Part shown: piece after piece, positions 5,378-6,542 of the stretch
How the letters are laid out: each line of letters opens with the position of its first letter
Position numbering within the stretch: the first letter of the stretch is position 1
Assembly: GCA_903916665.1 (NCBI GenBank)
Contig: CAIWXP010000125.1
Coordinates: 1-6,542 of the forward strand
DNA length: 6,542 nt
Origin: Candidatus Iainarchaeum sp.
GTDB lineage: Archaea; Iainarchaeota; Iainarchaeia; Iainarchaeales; 0-14-0-20-30-16
Direction of reading: 5' to 3'
The notes under the pieces: generated by a model
Database searches by the model: none
Seen by the model: the letters and a program-made list of their open reading frames with translations, nothing else
What the model was told of the DNA's origin: nothing
Made by a program: the position numbers and the translations under genes

Positions 5378-6010
5378 TTATAAAAAGGTTCTTAGAATCA
5401 TCAACAAATCATCAGAAATATTTTGCCTTTGACCATCAATAACCAAATATACATTTTCTTTATTTAATTTTGGCAAATATTTCCAAGTGTTTTCTAATTT
5501 GTTATGTTTAACAAATTGCAAATATTTTGTTAATAAAGGATAAAATTGTCTTGGATTTTCTACTTTATATTGCAATCTATCCAAAGCACAAAAATCATAG
5601 TGTTCATCATAAAATTTAAATGCAGGAAATAATCTACAAATTAAAGGTCTTGAGCCATATATTGTACATTGATGATTCTTCAAAAAAATACAGGCACCAT
5701 CTTTTTGTTTTAATGCCAAAATAGAAAATAAATAATATTTCTTATTTTTCAATACAACTTCTAAAAAATCAGTTTTTGCATAATTATCATATTCAGTTAA
5801 TTCAAAATAATAGTCTAAATGGTTTTCAACAAAATTCTTGTAATTTATTTTTAACTTTTTAGCGATTGCTTTTGCTTCATTTGGAAATAAATATATTTTA
5901 TACTTCCTACAACACAGATCACAGCCATTACATAGATTTTCAACAAGCTTTATTTTTGGCTTTATTTTTGATTTAATGTTCTGCTTTATTTTTGCTTTTG
6001 TTTTAACCAT
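5378..6010 (-). CDS. YkgJ-family cysteine-cluster protein (putative zinc/iron-chelating CxxCxxCC domain, UPF0153) with a Lys-rich N-terminal extension
   Basis: Complete 210-aa ORF. It has CNGCDLCC (C-x2-C-x2-CC) near the N-terminus and the second half-site DGACIFLKNHQCTIYGSRPLICRLFP. Together these match the Pfam PF03692 pattern as I recall it. Confidence 0.75.
   Translation of the reverse strand: MVKTKAKIKQNIKSKIKPKIKLVENLCNGCDLCCRKYKIYLFPNEAKAIAKKLKINYKNFVENHLDYYFELTEYDNYAKTDFLEVVLKNKKYYLFSILALKQKDGACIFLKNHQCTIYGSRPLICRLFPAFKFYDEHYDFCALDRLQYKVENPRQFYPLLTKYLQFVKHNKLENTWKYLPKLNKENVYLVIDGQRQNISDDLLMILRTFL
5947..5994 (-). repeat. Three copies of a 12-nt motif (plus strand GCTTTATTTTTG), two of them in tandem, encoding the alternating-Lys N-terminus
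   Basis: Exact copies lie at 5947-5958, 5959-5970 and 5983-5994. On the coding strand they give ..KAKIKQNIKSKIKPKIK... Confidence 0.85.
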
Positions 6011-6060
6011 ATTAAACTATAACTAAAATCCTTTATATTCTTTTAGGTTATATCTATACT
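6011..6060. promoter_or_regulatory. 50-bp divergent intergenic region with one central TATA octamer, a candidate bidirectional archaeal promoter
   Basis: TTTATATT at 6032-6039 is centred at 6035.5, exactly 25.5 nt from the A of ATG 6010 (minus gene) and of ATG 6061 (plus gene). It is flanked by the inverted hexamers CTAAAA (6023-6028) and TTTTAG (6041-6046). Neither gene has an SD-like element at a usable distance. Confidence 0.45.
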
Positions 6061-6542
6061 ATGGAATTTAAAAAGATAACCTATCCTAAAGATGAAGAAA
6101 AACATCAGGATACTGCTGAATGGTGGTATTTCAATGGTTTTTTAGAAAGTAAAACTGAAAAATTTGCCTATATGCATACTTTATTTAGAACCAATCTAAA
6201 ATATAACAATCTATTAAAAATGATTCCTTTTCATAGAAAACTTTTCAAAGATTATTATTTTTCTCATTCTCTATTAATAAATTTAAAAACAAAACAAATG
6301 ATAACTGATATAAAACATCATGTGCACATATCAAAAAAATCATTTAAAGATATTTTATTATCATTTGAATACGAAGATTGTAAATTAAAAGAAAAAAATA
6401 TGTTTGAATATGATTTAAAAAATAAATTTTTAGATTTAAATATGAAATCAAATAAAAAACCCCTATTAGAAAATGCAACCGGAATAATTAAAAACGAAAA
6501 AAATTTCACCTATTATTACAGTTTAACAAATTTAAAAACTAA
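6061..6542 (+). CDS. CrtC/AttH-like lipocalin-domain protein (hydroxyneurosporene-synthase-like / COG5621-like), N-terminal 160 codons, truncated by the window end
   Basis: Frame 1 is open from ATG 6061 to the window end (translated by hand, no stops). It reads MEFKKITYPKDEEKHQDTAEWWYFNGFLESKTEKFAYMHTLFR...NFTYYYSLTNLKT. The YP.D...H....EWWY..G.L........tlFR and YYYS.T.L motifs are the hallmarks I associate with Pfam PF07143. It is absent from the track because it is edge-truncated. Confidence 0.6.
   Translation, partial: MEFKKITYPKDEEKHQDTAEWWYFNGFLESKTEKFAYMHTLFRTNLKYNNLLKMIPFHRKLFKDYYFSHSLLINLKTKQMITDIKHHVHISKKSFKDILLSFEYEDCKLKEKNMFEYDLKNKFLDLNMKSNKKPLLENATGIIKNEKNFTYYYSLTNLKT

Noticed and set aside
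6318-6509. Track ORF on the minus strand (63 aa)
   Set aside because: It is antisense to the open plus-strand CrtC/AttH-like frame, and its translation is low-complexity and F/S/N-rich.
1-6542. Mobile element, prophage or defence island
   Set aside because: No transposase, integrase or recombinase motifs, no terminal inverted repeats or att-like direct repeats flanking a block, and no nuclease, ATPase or toxin-like ORFs. The compositional shifts are confined to the hinge repeat and the intergenic GC island.

Overview
Strongly AT-rich, gene-dense window, probably from a low-GC archaeon. The AspRS is archaeal-type, and BRE/TATA-like elements sit about 25 nt upstream of several start codons. 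I support five protein-coding genes, two of which are missing from the supplied ORF track because they run off the window edges. (1) Minus strand 3440->1: an uninterrupted reading frame of at least 1146 codons with a TTG start. It encodes a secreted giant surface/adhesin-like protein with a signal peptide, a GLUG-motif repeat head, a perfect (GPPPA)x3 hinge and Asn-rich solenoid/jelly-roll-like modules that start repeating after 718 codons. (2) Minus 4933->3644: archaeal-type aspartyl-tRNA synthetase. (3) Minus 5347->4970: an orphan small coiled-coil/basic protein. (4) Minus 6010->5378: a YkgJ-family CxxCxxCC cysteine-cluster protein. (5) Plus 6061->6542 (truncated): a CrtC/AttH-like lipocalin-domain protein. 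Genes 4, 3 and 2 look like one operon. The non-coding points of interest are a 70-nt island of about 49% GC in the 203-bp aspS/surface-gene spacer (candidate structured RNA or small ORF) and a 50-bp divergent intergenic region with one exactly centred TATA octamer. I see no CRISPR array, transposase/integrase, tRNA/rRNA or recognisable defence system. The most unusual object is the giant surface protein. All function calls rest on motif recognition by eye and need HMM or structure confirmation.
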